From contig NW_019217891.1 of NCBI RefSeq assembly GCF_002571385.2, positions 363,850 through 427,849 on the forward strand: a stretch of 64,000 nucleotides of DNA. Reading direction: 5' to 3'. This document shows, piece after piece, positions 45,601 to 59,200 of the stretch. The position numbers and the translations under genes are program-made. This stretch comes from Stylophora pistillata. Taxonomy: Eukaryota. Every line of letters starts with the position of its first letter. Within the stretch, counting starts at the first letter, position 1. The notes under the pieces were generated by a model. It was given only the letters and a program-made list of their open reading frames with translations, ran no database searches and had not been told where the DNA came from.

Positions 45601-45696
45601 AGTCACTGCACCTTGGACAATACTTGTTCTGACCAAACCTAATAGCATCGTCATCACTTTAAGGCAGATTTTCTACGCGGAGAACCCGTGATTCAT
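42672..45696 (-). pseudogene. Cluster copy 7, multiply disabled
   Basis: Exons 45696-45612 (TAG at 45673-45675), 45167-44891 (frameshift plus TAA; donor gtaagt changed to ctaagt), 44611-44491 (6-nt insertion with TAA at 44579-44581), 43844-43594 and 43079-42672 (stop TAA changed to TAC, 13-aa extension). Very similar to copy 6, including introns. Confidence 0.85.
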
Positions 45697-47843
45697 TTTT
45701 AGTCATGTTTCATCAGCAAGACTAGCTAAAGTTGAATAAAACGAGCATTGTAACGCTGTAAGGCTTTCGAGAAGCGGATTTACTCTTAAAAAATTTATCT
45801 TAATCATTGAAACACCTGTAACAACTATGAAGTAATGCAAATGTTCCCAAATTATAAATCCCATTGTTCAAGGAAAAATCAGTTTAATATCATGCTCCTT
45901 ACAATGGTTTTTGTTTTTATTTTCTAGTCTTTTTAATCAGGGTATATCATGACTCAGCTTAGCACCTTTCAAGTATGAATAATTCAATTTATTTTATGGT
46001 ATGGTAGTCTTAAGGTAAATTCGAGCGTTCTGATGGGTTCTAACTTGGCCGGTATTTTGACATATAGACCGGTCATAAGCCGTATATTTTTGTTCGGAAA
46101 GCTGGCAATCTAAAATAAACAAGTTGTTTTAGTCCTTGTGTATAATGAACTTCTTGCAAACCTCGCTTGCTTAGGCTTAATGGCGAATATCGACCCTCAG
46201 TCGATTTTATATAGGACCTTGTTGTGCTAGTCCAGACAGCCACGACCTCGAGCCAAAAAAATCCTCAGTACGGCCCTAACTCTTGGTTTGCAGGAAATTA
46301 TTACCCATTATGATCACGATGTCTAAAATCTTTTGACCAACTACTGTGTCGGTGTTAGTTTTGTCAAAGTGATTGAATTGGGTGTCGAAACAATTCAGGA
46401 TTACTTGGTCGAGAACATTCCTTTCAAAAAACGGGTCCAACGTGTTAAGTAATTTTATCAGATAAAAAAAACTGACGATTTGATTGTGACTTTAGAGTTG
46501 AATCCGAAGGTTCCAAGTCACTTGCAGTTGCTGTATCTCTTTTGGCACCTAAGGTTCAAGTGCTTGATATGCCAGTTGACCCTAATGAATGAGCCAACAT
46601 ACTGTCTGTCTTGTCATTTCAAGGCAGGTGTATTTTGTGAGCGTAGTTCAATTTAGTGACTGTTTTGTGAATTTTGGCTGCAAGCTGTTATACCAGGCTG
46701 TTAACTAATTAAGATCTCACTCAACCGCTTTTTATCATAGCAATGATGAACGAGTCCACTTTCCGTGAAGGATTTTGAGCTAGATTTTTTAAATCCAATG
46801 CATTTAACTAGAAAAAAAGTCTTACTATTTCAATTCTCATAACAAACTGAAACTGTTTTACTTTTTTATATTTCTATCATGTTTATTTTCATCTCTATCG
46901 TTTGGCTCATCCCAATTGTTCAGTTCAGTTACATGGATCGTAAGTTTTCTGTGATGTTGCAACGATAAAAACACTCGACATTGCGTGAAACCATTGTCTA
47001 AATTAAGGGGAATTCGAAAAATCGAAAAAAGGTATTCCTCGATAAAAGTCAGTTTTTGACCCTCAAATCTTTTCTACCTTTACTTACTTAACTACGTGTG
47101 AAATATTGATCGTAATTTCCGTAGACGGATTTCCGATGTTCTTGAAAACAAATGTGTTATGTGTCATGTGTCATGATGCATGAAGAATCAAAGTGTGTGT
47201 TATCAACAAGAAGACAGTCCTTATCAATGCTCACGCACCAGTACCATAACCATTACATGCTCGTTGTCGAATCAAACACAACTTCGGTCAAAGGGACAAA
47301 AATAGCAGATATAAGGAACTTACCTTCACAAATAATCAAGATATACATAACGGTTATCATTACAACCAGATCCATTTGTTGTACTCGCGAATTCAGCGAT
47401 ATTGTGGCCCGGAACTTCATGACGAAACTGTTGACAAATAAACGTAAACGTTATACCCTCAAGACTGATATCATATTGTGAGAAATTTAGATGACAGGTT
47501 AGGGGAAGGGGGCGGGTGGATTACGGGGTTTTCAAGGGAAGCGAAGGGGGATCGGTTGTCGCCAACAGAGTATAAAGAGAGAGTGGGACTAAAGACAATG
47601 AACTGCCCATGGTAAAGGGGGGGGGGTTGTCACAAGAATATAACAAAGCCTTATGGGTGGATTGGGTAAATTTTATCGTGACACAATCAAAATCTTCCGA
47701 ACACCCCCCCCCCCCTTCCGACCGACAGGTCTCTCAGCCGGCATTTGATTGTGCTATATATGATCTGTGTACTTCAAATGTAAGTTAATGCTTGAGCATG
47801 CGCTTTCAAACGTTTTGAATCAAATTCGAACAAACGGATAATG

Positions 47844-47980
47844 TCACCGTAGGCCCACACTCACAAGCCTGTTGTCGAGCACGTTGGGTGGTGCGCCATT
47901 GACATTGAAGGCCACACCTTTGTACTGATGATGAGAGGTTGTTGTGCGAAAGAATGGCGAGTACTTGTCATGGATCACCA
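47844..47980 (-). pseudogene. Orphan 3' end of the last exon of another cluster copy
   Basis: HDKYSPFFRTTTSHHQYKGVAFNVNGAPPNVLDNRLVSVGLR*; the upstream part of the exon is absent. Confidence 0.8.
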
Positions 47981-48763
47981 TACTAGAAACAAGGCCTATT
48001 TCGAACTCGAAGTAAAAAAACCCCTCAGTGCGGCCCTAACTCTCGGTTTGCAAAAAAATATTACCCATCAGGATGTCTAAGACCCTTTGACCAACCACTG
48101 TGATGGTGTTGGTTTTGTCAATACGATTAATTGGGTGTCGAAACAATTCAGAGTTATTTGGTCGGGAATATCCATTTCAAAAAACGGGTCCAACTTATCT
48201 GAGTAATTTTATCAGATAAAAAAAAAAAAACAAACAAAAAGCTTTTCTATGGCTTTTAAAGAATTAGATGCGATCTCCTTCTGCTTCTCGCGAAATTGGA
48301 TTTGTCTTCTTTAGTTGTACTTTTGGAAAAAAAAATTGATTGGGAAAATAATGATTTCAAAGCGAAAGCTCATTTCGTGGCTTTGTTCGACAATATTTAG
48401 CATTTTAAAGATCTGGAAAAAAGTTTGATTTTTCTGTCTCATGATAATTTTAGCAATATATAATAATGGTCATCAAATATCCAATTCCAAGATCCAATCA
48501 AAAGACCTATGGGGACAGGTCCTTTTCAGTTGCAGCACCAAAGCTCTAGAATGCCCTACCCCTTGACATATAAGGAATAGCGGATCGATCACTCTTTTTA
48601 AATGTAAATTAAAGACTTTTCTCTTTAAGAAATATTATTTATAATTTAATGTAGAATTGGGAAGCGCCATAGGGCAGTTAGTGTATATGGCGCTATATAA
48701 ATGCCATAATTATTATTATGGCAGTTAAAACGTCTGAATGCCAGAACCTATATACACGAAAGC

Positions 48764-48797
<34 letters not shown>

Positions 48798-49033
48798 GAA
48801 TTTACATATGTACCTCAAAAAAAAGAAAAACTAATACAAAATGATAAAAAAAAAAACCCTAGTGGCTAGTCCCTAATGTCTTAAAAAATCATCATATATA
48901 AATATTAGTATCAGTCAAATTAACTCAAACAATGCATTTAAAGGAAAATAAATACAAAGATAAGATTTAAATTAAAAAATTTTAAATAAGTAATATATGT
49001 AATAATATGTGCGACAGGTATCGACAGGTAAGT

Positions 49034-51446
49034 GCGACAATTGAATTACAAAGTCTGAAAAGTATTTTAAAGAGCGACAGAAACATCAGAGAGCCTTAAC
49101 AAAATGTTAGCATATAAGGGGCAAAATTACTGAATTTTGATTGGTCAAGACAGAGGGTATTTTTTCTCAATTTTTGTAGTTGCCCCGGGCAAAATTACTT
49201 GAAAATGATTCGCTGAAAAATGCTTAGCAACGGCTGCCAAGGTAAAGAAATTTCTGTTTGTTTTGTAACAATGGCGTCCCGTTTTGCGCGAGATCAGTAA
49301 GAAAACAGTTTTCCCCTTATATCATAAACAAGTAATCACATGGTTCCTCGTAAATTTAAGGATTAATTGTGTTTTCGGAAGTTGCAGAAATTGCTCTCGT
49401 CGCTGCGCGACTCGGGAAATTTCAGCAATTTCCGAAAACACGCGTAATATTAATCCTTAATTTTACTCGGCCCCATGCGATTACCTATACATATTCAGAA
49501 TTATAGCGGAGAGCATGAAGATATTGAAAACCAAAAAAATGTCCCATTTTCATTTCAAGAGCTACACCCTGAACTATAAAGTATTCTTAATAGAGGACAT
49601 TTAACTAACGATTAAAATTTTGGTCATTTTACGGTTAACGTTTAATGTCTTTCTGTTGCGATTAAAATGATAAAATTTACCGTTCATTTTTATACGACTA
49701 ACGGTTAAAATTTGTTAGTTTTTAACTTAACAGCTAAATTAAACCCGATTGAGACCTTCTTGGACAACATTTCGAGGCAGGTGTACTTTGTGAGCGTAGT
49801 TCAATTTAGAGACCCTTTTGTGAAAACTAGCGACAAGATGTTTTATTCCAGGGCGTTAATTAAGAACTCTGTCATCACTTGTTATCTAGCAATCAGGAAC
49901 GAGTCAAACTTTCCGCGGCGGATTTTCAGCTAGATTTTTTTATCAAGTCTTTTCAATGTATTAAGTTAGATAAAAACCATTCTGCTTCAATAGTCGTTAC
50001 AAACCGAAACTTATTATATTTTTATCTTATTTATTTTGACCTCCATAGTTTGACTCATCACATCCATGAATTGCCAGTTTTCTGTAATGTGTGTGAAACC
50101 ACTTTTAAACAAAGGGGGAAAAAGCGAAAAAAATAGCTCCTCTTTTAAAGTCAGTTTTTCCGAGAAAAAAAATTAGAAAGTAGTGGAAGAATAAACTAAG
50201 CAGAGATAAAACCTAGAAATTTCCAATATTTTAAAAAGCAAATGTATTTCGGTTTTATTTTTCTTGAACTGAAGAGTTGTGCCCAAGAATCAAAGCGTGT
50301 GTTAGCTACGACAAGACAGTCCTTATCGATGGATGCTCACGCCCCAATAACATAACATAACATACTAAGGGTCGAATTAAACATAGCTTCGGTCAAAGGC
50401 ATAAAAATAGCAGATATAGTTACCTTCACAAATTATCAAGATATATATTACGGTAACCATTACAATACGATCCATTTCTTGTAGTCGTGGATTCAGCGAT
50501 GTTGTGAATCGGAACTTCATGGCCAATCTGTTGACAAATAAACTTCTGACCACACTCACACTACCGAAATCATCTTGGGTAAAATTTAGATGACTGGTTC
50601 AAAAAAACCACCAGCGGCTCCATCTAAATAAACTATTTAATTTTCTCACGCGTCAAGGCCTCACGGAAACATACTACGTATATAAGTAACTGATATTTGT
50701 TTTCCCATGAAAGCTGTCAGCAATAAAATGATGTACGTATGCACTATACAAAGACTACCTACTGAAAAAACTTATGTAGCTACGTTAGAAAGTTGACAGG
50801 ATATTTGACAGAGCCTGGAATTTTCAGAACCGTAAGAACAATAAATGTTTTGCCAATGCTTTTTTTGTTTGTTTGTTTTTCAAGACTTAAGATGTGATGA
50901 GTCACCATGATAATCATGGAGGTTCTTCCATGTTGCAGTCCTCAAATTGGTTCTACCCATCGTAGGTTAATATCACAGATACACTGAGAAGGCTGGCAAC
51001 ATTTTTTAGTATTTTTCTGGCAGTCTTTGGACATCTGAGTGGTTTTCTGACTTTATGACTTATTTACAGCCTCGCCGGTTTTAAAAAGCGATATTTGTAA
51101 TCATGAGTTATTCATCATATACCTACAGGATTCCAGTTGTGGCTTCTCATCTGACAAACAGGAAATTGAGTCTAAAACTGAGCTAAACTCATGCAAACAA
51201 TAGTGTTAATGAATGGCTATATCGTCTTGATCCATACAAAGGGAAAAAAAGAACTCGTCCAATATTTTAGCCATCATGGTCTTACACTTGATCATTAACG
51301 CATATATCTTGAGCTCACGCGAAGTCAATATCGCATATGTAGTAATCAGGTTATTAGTTATTACGGGGGTGTTTATAATGCAAAGAGGCGACCTTTGCGC
51401 CCGCGCAAATTAACCCCCGCTATGCTGTAGCGTAGTGAGAATCATA
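49034..51446. repeat. ~2.4 kb segmental duplication, copy B
   Basis: Colinear near-identical match to 25245-27877. Confidence 0.92.
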
Positions 51447-51486
51447 AAAATAACACATGGCTAAGATGAAGTCTTCAACTCATGAC

Positions 51487-51540
<54 letters not shown>

Positions 51541-51556
51541 ACCTGACACTGCTGTA

Positions 51557-51583
51557 CTATTATTATTATTGTTATTATTATTA

Positions 51584-51634
<51 letters not shown>
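51557..51634. repeat. (ATT)n microsatellite
   Basis: Directly visible trinucleotide run. Confidence 0.95.
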
Positions 51635-51635
<1 letters not shown>

Positions 51636-52599
51636 CACCCCACACCTTATGCCATTGATTGATTTAGTACCCCCGTGTGAGAGCAGAGAAAACAAATTAA
51701 GTAACAAAGACAAAAAGTGTAATTATCCCCCTTGGGTTGTGAAAGGAGTTACGAAAGGAGATCTTTAAAAATTAATACTTTCAACCAATGAGTCCATATG
51801 AAAACAAATAATTTATTCCTTTCAAGCTATTTTGGTGTAACTAACCTTAAAGAAATACTAGGCTCGATAAACTATTGCCTGTAAGTCTTAAAATAGAGGC
51901 ATGCTTTTTCTGATGGTACAAATACAAGGTGCGTGGTCATTGGCGCGAGCGACACAAGTAAATTTTGAAACTACCTTGTAACCTTGGTTGATTGTTTTAA
52001 TAGATCGCGGTGCGTGGACAAAAAAAAATTCTTATCAGTTGAAACAGAAAAACAAATCTGTGTATCAGTGGGAGATGAGAAATCCGACTGACTTAGGTTG
52101 CCATTCTTTCAAGAAAACCGTTGATTCTTTTGAGCTGTTCCATCAATTATAGATCTGACCCCTATTGATATTTTCCTATTATGAGTAGCACTGTATTGAC
52201 GATGGCGCTCGTTGATATGATCCATTTCTACTCCGAAATGATTTTCACTGAGTTTGAAATCTGCTACACCTAACACTTTGTAAGTGAAGCATCAAAAGTT
52301 TGATTAGAACCATCAAGATTTACCTTTCACGGCGGTTTCTGTTTTTGGAATGAAAACAGGCCAACAACCAGCGTCAATTTTTTTGTATGACTCCCCGTTC
52401 TCATCTCAAGCTTAAGTTTTTTCAGACAAGCAAGTTATCGAGGATGGGAAAGGGAAAATATTTCGAATGTTCTGCTTTCATAAAGCTTAAGAAGAATGGA
52501 CAAAGTTGTTGAAAAAAGATATTAACAAACAAGCAGACCTGCATACGAGGCAAAATACGATAGTAAAGGACAGTGACATCAACCTGAACAAAACGTCAT

Positions 52600-52734
52600 T
52601 CATCATCCAATTGCAAGAAAAGATCATTTCTGGATTTCTGGGCTCAATTAAAACCCAATCAAGAGAGGGAGAACTTATTCGTACTGGACCACAAATGTTG
52701 CTTTGTTCTTGCAAGGATTGCTGAAACAAAGACT
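52600..52734 (-). pseudogene. Degenerate orphan EGF exon of the cluster family
   Basis: Acceptor aacag then SLCFSNPCKNKATFVVQYE*, closest to the copy-3 EGF exon (SLCFSNPCINKGKCVAKFE). Confidence 0.65.
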
Positions 52735-53542
52735 CTGTTCTCACAGGAAAACATCGAGTTTTACCCTTATTTTATGCTATGGATGTTGTATGATGGCCCT
52801 GAAATGGAGGAATTGACAGAAAGTGACTAACCTGTTCCAAAGAAATAAAACAGAAGTACCGTTAACGGCATCATTTCTATTTAAGAGTATCCAGGAAGTG
52901 CTTTCAGGTTGCGGGAGAATTAAAAGACAAACTCGTTTTCACATGAATCCGTAGTGAAAGTCTTGAAAGTCAAGACCCACGTAGTAAATGATACTAATGG
53001 GAATGTTTTTTTTTGGAACTTTGCTGCACACGCCGTGTAGCGTTTGCGGCGACCAAAATCTAAATTCTCAATTTCAAGGGCGTGTCGCTCCAAAACGCGG
53101 TTAACGAGGTGTTTGGGGACTATTTTACTGATCGAAATAACAAACCAAAGTTGACCGTTTGCCCGAATCTTTATTCTTGAAAGGCAATCGACCACGAACC
53201 ACGATCAACGATGAAAATAATGATTATTCTCACAATCAATCTATCTATCGATCGTAAAATATCGGTCCCGCCTGAGCCAGAGGTTGAGAAAACGATATGG
53301 CGAAAGTTTACCAAGACTATTCAAAACTTACCAAGAACTGATTAAAGGGACACTAAACTTGCCTTTTATATGTGCGTGGTGACGCTGAAAGGTCCGATTA
53401 CAAAACCAACAGAAATACAGAAAAACAGATAAGATTTAAGTGGCTATCTAAGATCATACTGAAATTAGTGAACTAATCAATAATCAATCAAAAAATGAGC
53501 CTTCTGGCTAATGTCCTTTAACACGCCGTAAAAATATATAGT

Positions 53543-54005
53543 AGGGACCTTTAGCAAACCACGACGGCGACGGCAACGAAGACGTGGAAAAACAAAAGAT
53601 ACGTATGATGCACGATCCTCGCAGTAGAGATTGCTATTTATGCAATAGCGGAAATCAGAATAGCGAAAATTTATGAACTTCATATATTCATTGTAACCAA
53701 AACAAAAGATCTAATTGGCAGAACAATAGCTCAGCACGTGCGTTTTAGAACTTTGTACATTTCTCAGCCATCCTTCGCAAAACAACAACGTGAAATCACC
53801 AAAATTTGAAACCGGAAACCGCGCCGGCAAATTATTTTAATTTCCATTTGGAAGTCTACGCTACTTCGATACGTTGTGCTGAAGTTGAGGTGTGGCGCCG
53901 TACTGAGACACACGCAGCCATTTTCGAAATTCTAATCAGAAGTAGGATTTCATTTTTTAATCGAAGTCCACCTTAGCGTTGCCGTTCTGACTGCTTAAGG
54001 TCCCT
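53543..54005. mobile_element. Harbinger-like MITE
   Basis: TIRs agggacctttagca...tgcttaaggtccct; subterminal acgacggcgacggcaacg and cgttgccgt. Confidence 0.7.
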
Positions 54006-54329
54006 ATTGCAATAAACCCCCGGTTGACGAGAGAATTATTTTTTCGTAGTACCGGTCCTTGGACATAATTTGAATCCCGAGGCTCCGAGCTTTCCAGGGG
54101 CCGCACTCATGGAAAAGACAATTTCTGCGGATCACATCGGAGGCAAATTTTTCGCGCTGGATGGAGGTCATTGCTTTTTACTGACGGTTTCCAGGGCTCT
54201 CGCCTTTCCCTGCCTAAGCAGGAAGATAGAGACCCCAGGTAAGCCTGACCACCAACCTCGTTCCCAAGCCGGGTTCCTCACAAATCCTCGGAAAGTTTTC
54301 AAGGTGGTGGTGGGTTTCTCTAGACTTAT

Positions 54330-54445
54330 GAATAAAGGCTGATAGTTTCGAAAGAAACTGTTTGGGGCTGCGTCGGTGGGGGTAACGAAATAATTTGAAT
54401 ATATCAACAAAGTTGAAATGGTAAATTGGCCACCGTCGGAGCGAA
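54330..54445 (-). mobile_element. PLE pseudo-LTR-like repeat, third copy (hammerhead-like part deleted)
   Basis: Matches 9640-9750, then jumps to cgtcggagcgaa. Confidence 0.6.
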
Positions 54446-56292
54446 TAGAGGAATTGTGGGTTGTGTGTGCTTTTAAACGCTTAGCCCGCAGAGCAAGCTT
54501 GACTTTGGCGAGCGAAAGGTCAGCTTTCTTTTGGTGAAAATTATGGCTTTGATTTTTAAAGTAACAGAGGGCTGTGAAGAGAAAAAATAATTTTACCAAG
54601 GGGGTGAGCGACGGTCAAAAGGAAGGAGAGCGGAGGGACTGGTGCCTTTGCCGGCCTCTTTCCTCACACTCTACCTAACCCAAGATCATACATCTTGCCA
54701 GTCGAATAAACAATCGCGCACTTGACCAAGAATAACGAGATTTAGCACTGCGTTTACGCGAAACGTGAACCGCAAGTGACCATTTTTTTGACGTTTGCCG
54801 GTTGTGCTATGTTGTTTGTACGTGAAAGTAACCTGTTCCGCGTTTACCGTGTACGTAAGGTTTTCTTGACTTTTCCTCTTTCACAGAGCAGAAGTTAATT
54901 GCCGGAAAAAGGGCAGCAAAACTATTCCTTGTAAGTCATACAAGGGCCCCTCAAATCCGTCATGACGTGAGCTCACGCGAAGCTAACGCAGCAAGGTTCA
55001 CCCTATTTAACGTGAAACGCGAAAGGGCAAGTTGACGTTTGCCTTTCCACTTAAAGGCGGTGATAAATCTCTCTAATGATCGAGAAAACGCTGGAGACCA
55101 GGTTAGCTTTGCCAAAGTCGCGTGACTCTTGCGTGACCTCTTTCTACAGACCGTATTTGGAATGAACTTCAGACAGAGTGGTTTGTTGTAAGCACGCAAA
55201 TGCGTGTGTGGTCCTTTTTTTCATGAATTATTTCGATAGAAATCAAGTGGATTGTGGCTTCGACATTAAGGTCAGTTTTCAAACTCTTAGAACGTGGTTG
55301 ATTTCCTTTAAGAAGCGCCTTTCGCAACAACCCGTACTCTCGGGCGCTCATCATGGGAAGAAAATATACACGTGTTGATTTATTTTTTCAAAGTGCGATA
55401 AAAATGGTTTATTCAATTTTTGAACACGAGATGGAGTTTTCGTTTTTATTTATTTAGTTGTTCATTTGCATTAAAATACTTGTCGTTATCCAGAATCTAT
55501 GGTTTTTCCCTTAGCACCTGTCATTTTTTGTGGAAATTTACTCTTCGTGAAAACGTGGAAAAAATTGAAATTGCTTACTTGAGCGCAGCGTTCCCAGGGA
55601 AGCAAACTCTGTCATTGTCATTTTCTCAAAATTAGGATAACTTTTTCAGCCTACAAGCTTTCAAAGCACTGCATTGTTTATCGAACACGTTTACTCTTTC
55701 ATTTGCAAATTAGTTGCTACGAATAATCTGCTCATTGATAACAAACACAAAGATTTTTTTCTCACAATTGTCTTTTCAGCTTTGGTCGAAAGGAACGAAG
55801 TCTGACTTCGCGATCCGCATCTTGAGGAATCAACATCAAATTTTGTCGCAGATGTGGACGGATTTGGCATAAGAATAATTTACTATCACAAATCTTCCTT
55901 CATTCGTCTAGTTACACCTTTCGTGACAGACAATTTAAGCTCGATTCGATTTAGATCGCGGTTTTTGTGTGTCAACGGCGAGTGATCTGACATTTTATAG
56001 CAACTTGGCCATAGACCGCGATAAAAAAACTATTTTGGAATTCCACATGTGCGCATCGTGCTTTGTTTTCCCCGTCCGTGATCATCGGTCTGTTTATTTG
56101 TTACGGATCATCGATTTCTGCGTTACGTATTCGCCCATAGCCGTCTGATATTTTATCCTGAGAAGTTGCTTTGAAGATCCTTCTCGAGTTTTTAATCCCT
56201 CTCTTCACAAGGACTTGATTCTTCCTTGAAAACGTCACAGGAAAGGTTTAGTCCAGCAAAGATCTGAAAGATAGTCAAACATCTGTGTTTTA

Positions 56293-59200
56293 ATGTCACA
56301 ATATACTTCCCCCGATGAATTGGAAAAACATCATGTTCGCGACGTTTATAATCAAATAGCGCCTCATTTCGTTGGTTCACAACACAAAGCCTGGCCAAAG
56401 GTTGAAGAATTCCTTCTCTCTCTGCCAGCAGGAAGCCTGATCGCTGATGTTGGTAAGATTTCCCAAATGATTTCATAATTTTACGAATTTTACCAGTCGA
56501 ATTGAAGAAAAGAATGGAAGGCAGTAATGCTTTGGTGAGCCTGTATCATTGTTTGATCCGCTTATTGTGATAGAAAAGAAAATAATTTGCTTGATTGTCA
56601 TTTAACTCAAGTAATGAGACGCTTTATGATTAAGCTTTTATTTTGATTACATAATCTGCAAATGATATGCATGATAAGCAGGATCGATGTAAACAGCACT
56701 ATTTCTGTCCGAAGTTTTCAAATGTTTTTTTTTAAGCAAAGTAAAGCAATATCATCAAGGAAAAATGATCGTTGAGACTTCATTCAACAACGAAAACCGA
56801 CCAAAAATTCAATCGAGACCAAAAATGGAAAAAAGAAGTGCTAAAACGCATGTCCAAAATTAGAAAATTAAAACATTCATAATTGCCCCCTTCATCATTC
56901 TGCAATAGTGTTATTGCACACTGATTCAGTTATGTTGTGGGCCCTCTCACATAGAATAGTGCACAAACGAAGGTCCCAACATCGAAACAATTTTAAATAA
57001 GCTTATCTGTTCCATTAACCTTCTTAGTGTTTTTTAAGGGTGTGATGAAGGGGATGGGGTGGGAGTAACTTAATAAGTAATTCTGTTGGTAAGTTGGTCC
57101 AAGTACAAATATACAAAGATAACCATGATTTTAGAATCTAATTCTTAATATGTTGTCTGAATATTAAACCTCAATAGCTTCATGAGGTTGATAAGCCAGA
57201 AGGCCATGACAATTTTTTGTCCTCAACAGGAGAGGTAAATGAATGGATTCTTGATTTAAAGGGGATCCTCTCTCCCCCTGTTGCTACTCCATAGTGCCCC
57301 CCTCCCCTCACTGGGCCTGAGGGATCCCCCACAGTGGGCTGCCTTGCACGTAATCAGACAAAGACAACTTACCAGTACCTACCTTTTAAACAAAAAAAAA
57401 AAATGAAAAAAGGAAAATTATTACCTTACAGGTTGTGGAACAGGCAGGTACTTAAACCTGGTAGGAGATCAGTCCTTCACTCTTGGATCAGACAGCTGTA
57501 TGAAGTTCAGTCAAATTGCTGCAAAAAGAGGCCATAATGTCTTGACATGTGACAATCAGAATCTTCCCCTCAAGGATAACTGCTTTGATGCTGTGATTTC
57601 CATCGGTGTCATTCATCATTTTGCATCTGCCAAGAGGCGTATGAAAGCATTGGAAGAACTTTACCGTATTCTTAAACCTGGAGGGAAGATGTTGGTGTAT
57701 GTTTGGGCATTCGAACAAGATGAAAGAAAGGTTTGAAACAGATTGAATGCATCATTTTAAAAATATAACTGGACAGGAAAGTATTTATACCTAAAAATGT
57801 TCTAACCCTGTACAACCATTAACTGCAAAAGCAAAGTCATTGCTCTTTATTTCTTTAAGTGCTATCACATAAGCCTGGTGAAATCTTGCCAAATTGATTT
57901 CTTTTCACATAACTCCTTTAATTGTTAAAGCAATTTAGGAAAATTTAAGAGTTTATTTCTTGACATACATATGACTGCACCTGTCTGAGTTTGACAGCAA
58001 TAATTAAGATTGTTAGTGATCACAACTGTCTGAGCAATATCTTTTCAAGGTTTTTCAGGAAAAAAGGCATTCAGGTTAGTACCTGGGATTGAAAGAATCT
58101 GTTCTTCTTAGGGTTTATTTAGAATGAATGTAAGTTTGACAAAACCTATCTGCTGGTATTGGCTGCTAGAATGAAGAAGCTGCTGGTTCGATCATTTTTC
58201 TTATTATACCTTCATTAAGAAATAAGTAGAGGATCTATGCTTGCATTCCTGTGGTTAAATGCTTTTAAAAATGAGGTAAGATGGGCTTGTGCATTGTATA
58301 TTCTGCAATGTCAACAGTGTTAGGCAAAGTAACCAGCTGTCACTACTATGTTGTTGACAGCTTTTATTTACTGTTGTATTATTTACTTTTACTTTCTATA
58401 TTATGTACTATTATTTGTTCTACAAATTTATCTCACCACAGCTTGGTTTCCAGTTATAACTGATAACAAGGAAATAAGTCAATGATGTATGGTGCATTGT
58501 ATGTGTCAAACTTTCATTTTTCTCTTTTTTTCAGTTCAATGGTCAGGATGTCTTAGTTCCATTTACACAATACCAGAGAAATACAGGTATTTCATAAAAT
58601 CCATATAATTTACTACTCTCATGAATTTGTCATTTAAGTATTTAAAATTAATATGCTTTTCTATTTTCAAAATAGGTTTCCAATTTACCCACCCCTCCCC
58701 ACAAACCCCTTACCCCTCCCTTTAAAAGAGAAAATAGGGACAAAAAAAACACTGAATGCAAATTTTTCGAAAAGAGGTAAAAAAGTAATCCAAAAATGTA
58801 TCTAAAGAAGAATAGATTTGTCATCTTATTACGACTCATTTAAGGCACACTTCACTTATGTTCAGACCATATTAATTTTCTTTGCAGTTCGCAGAAGAAA
58901 ATCCACTCCTTTGATGTCAAGAATCCATCCACTGATGAAAGTTAAAGATACATCAAACAAGTCTGCTTCATCATGGCAATCAAGGCGAGCATTTTCCCTG
59001 GACGAACCAAAGAGTGAAAGGAATCGATTTAGCGCGCGGTTGACAATGGAGGAAGACCTGTGTAAACAGGATGCGAGATCTTCGAGGTTCTCTCGCCTGC
59101 AACATGTTAGGAACGGCGGCAAGATTTCCACCTTAGATCCAGCGCTCGATCCTGATTGTCGACTTTCATCCGAGGTTACACCGGTCGCAAAACTTAAAAA

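Noticed and set aside
58818-58887. N-terminus of the 439-aa ORF as a stand-alone gene
   Set aside because: It starts at a non-ATG codon in intron sequence upstream of the acceptor at 58886-58887; the ORF is the last exon of TRMT9B.
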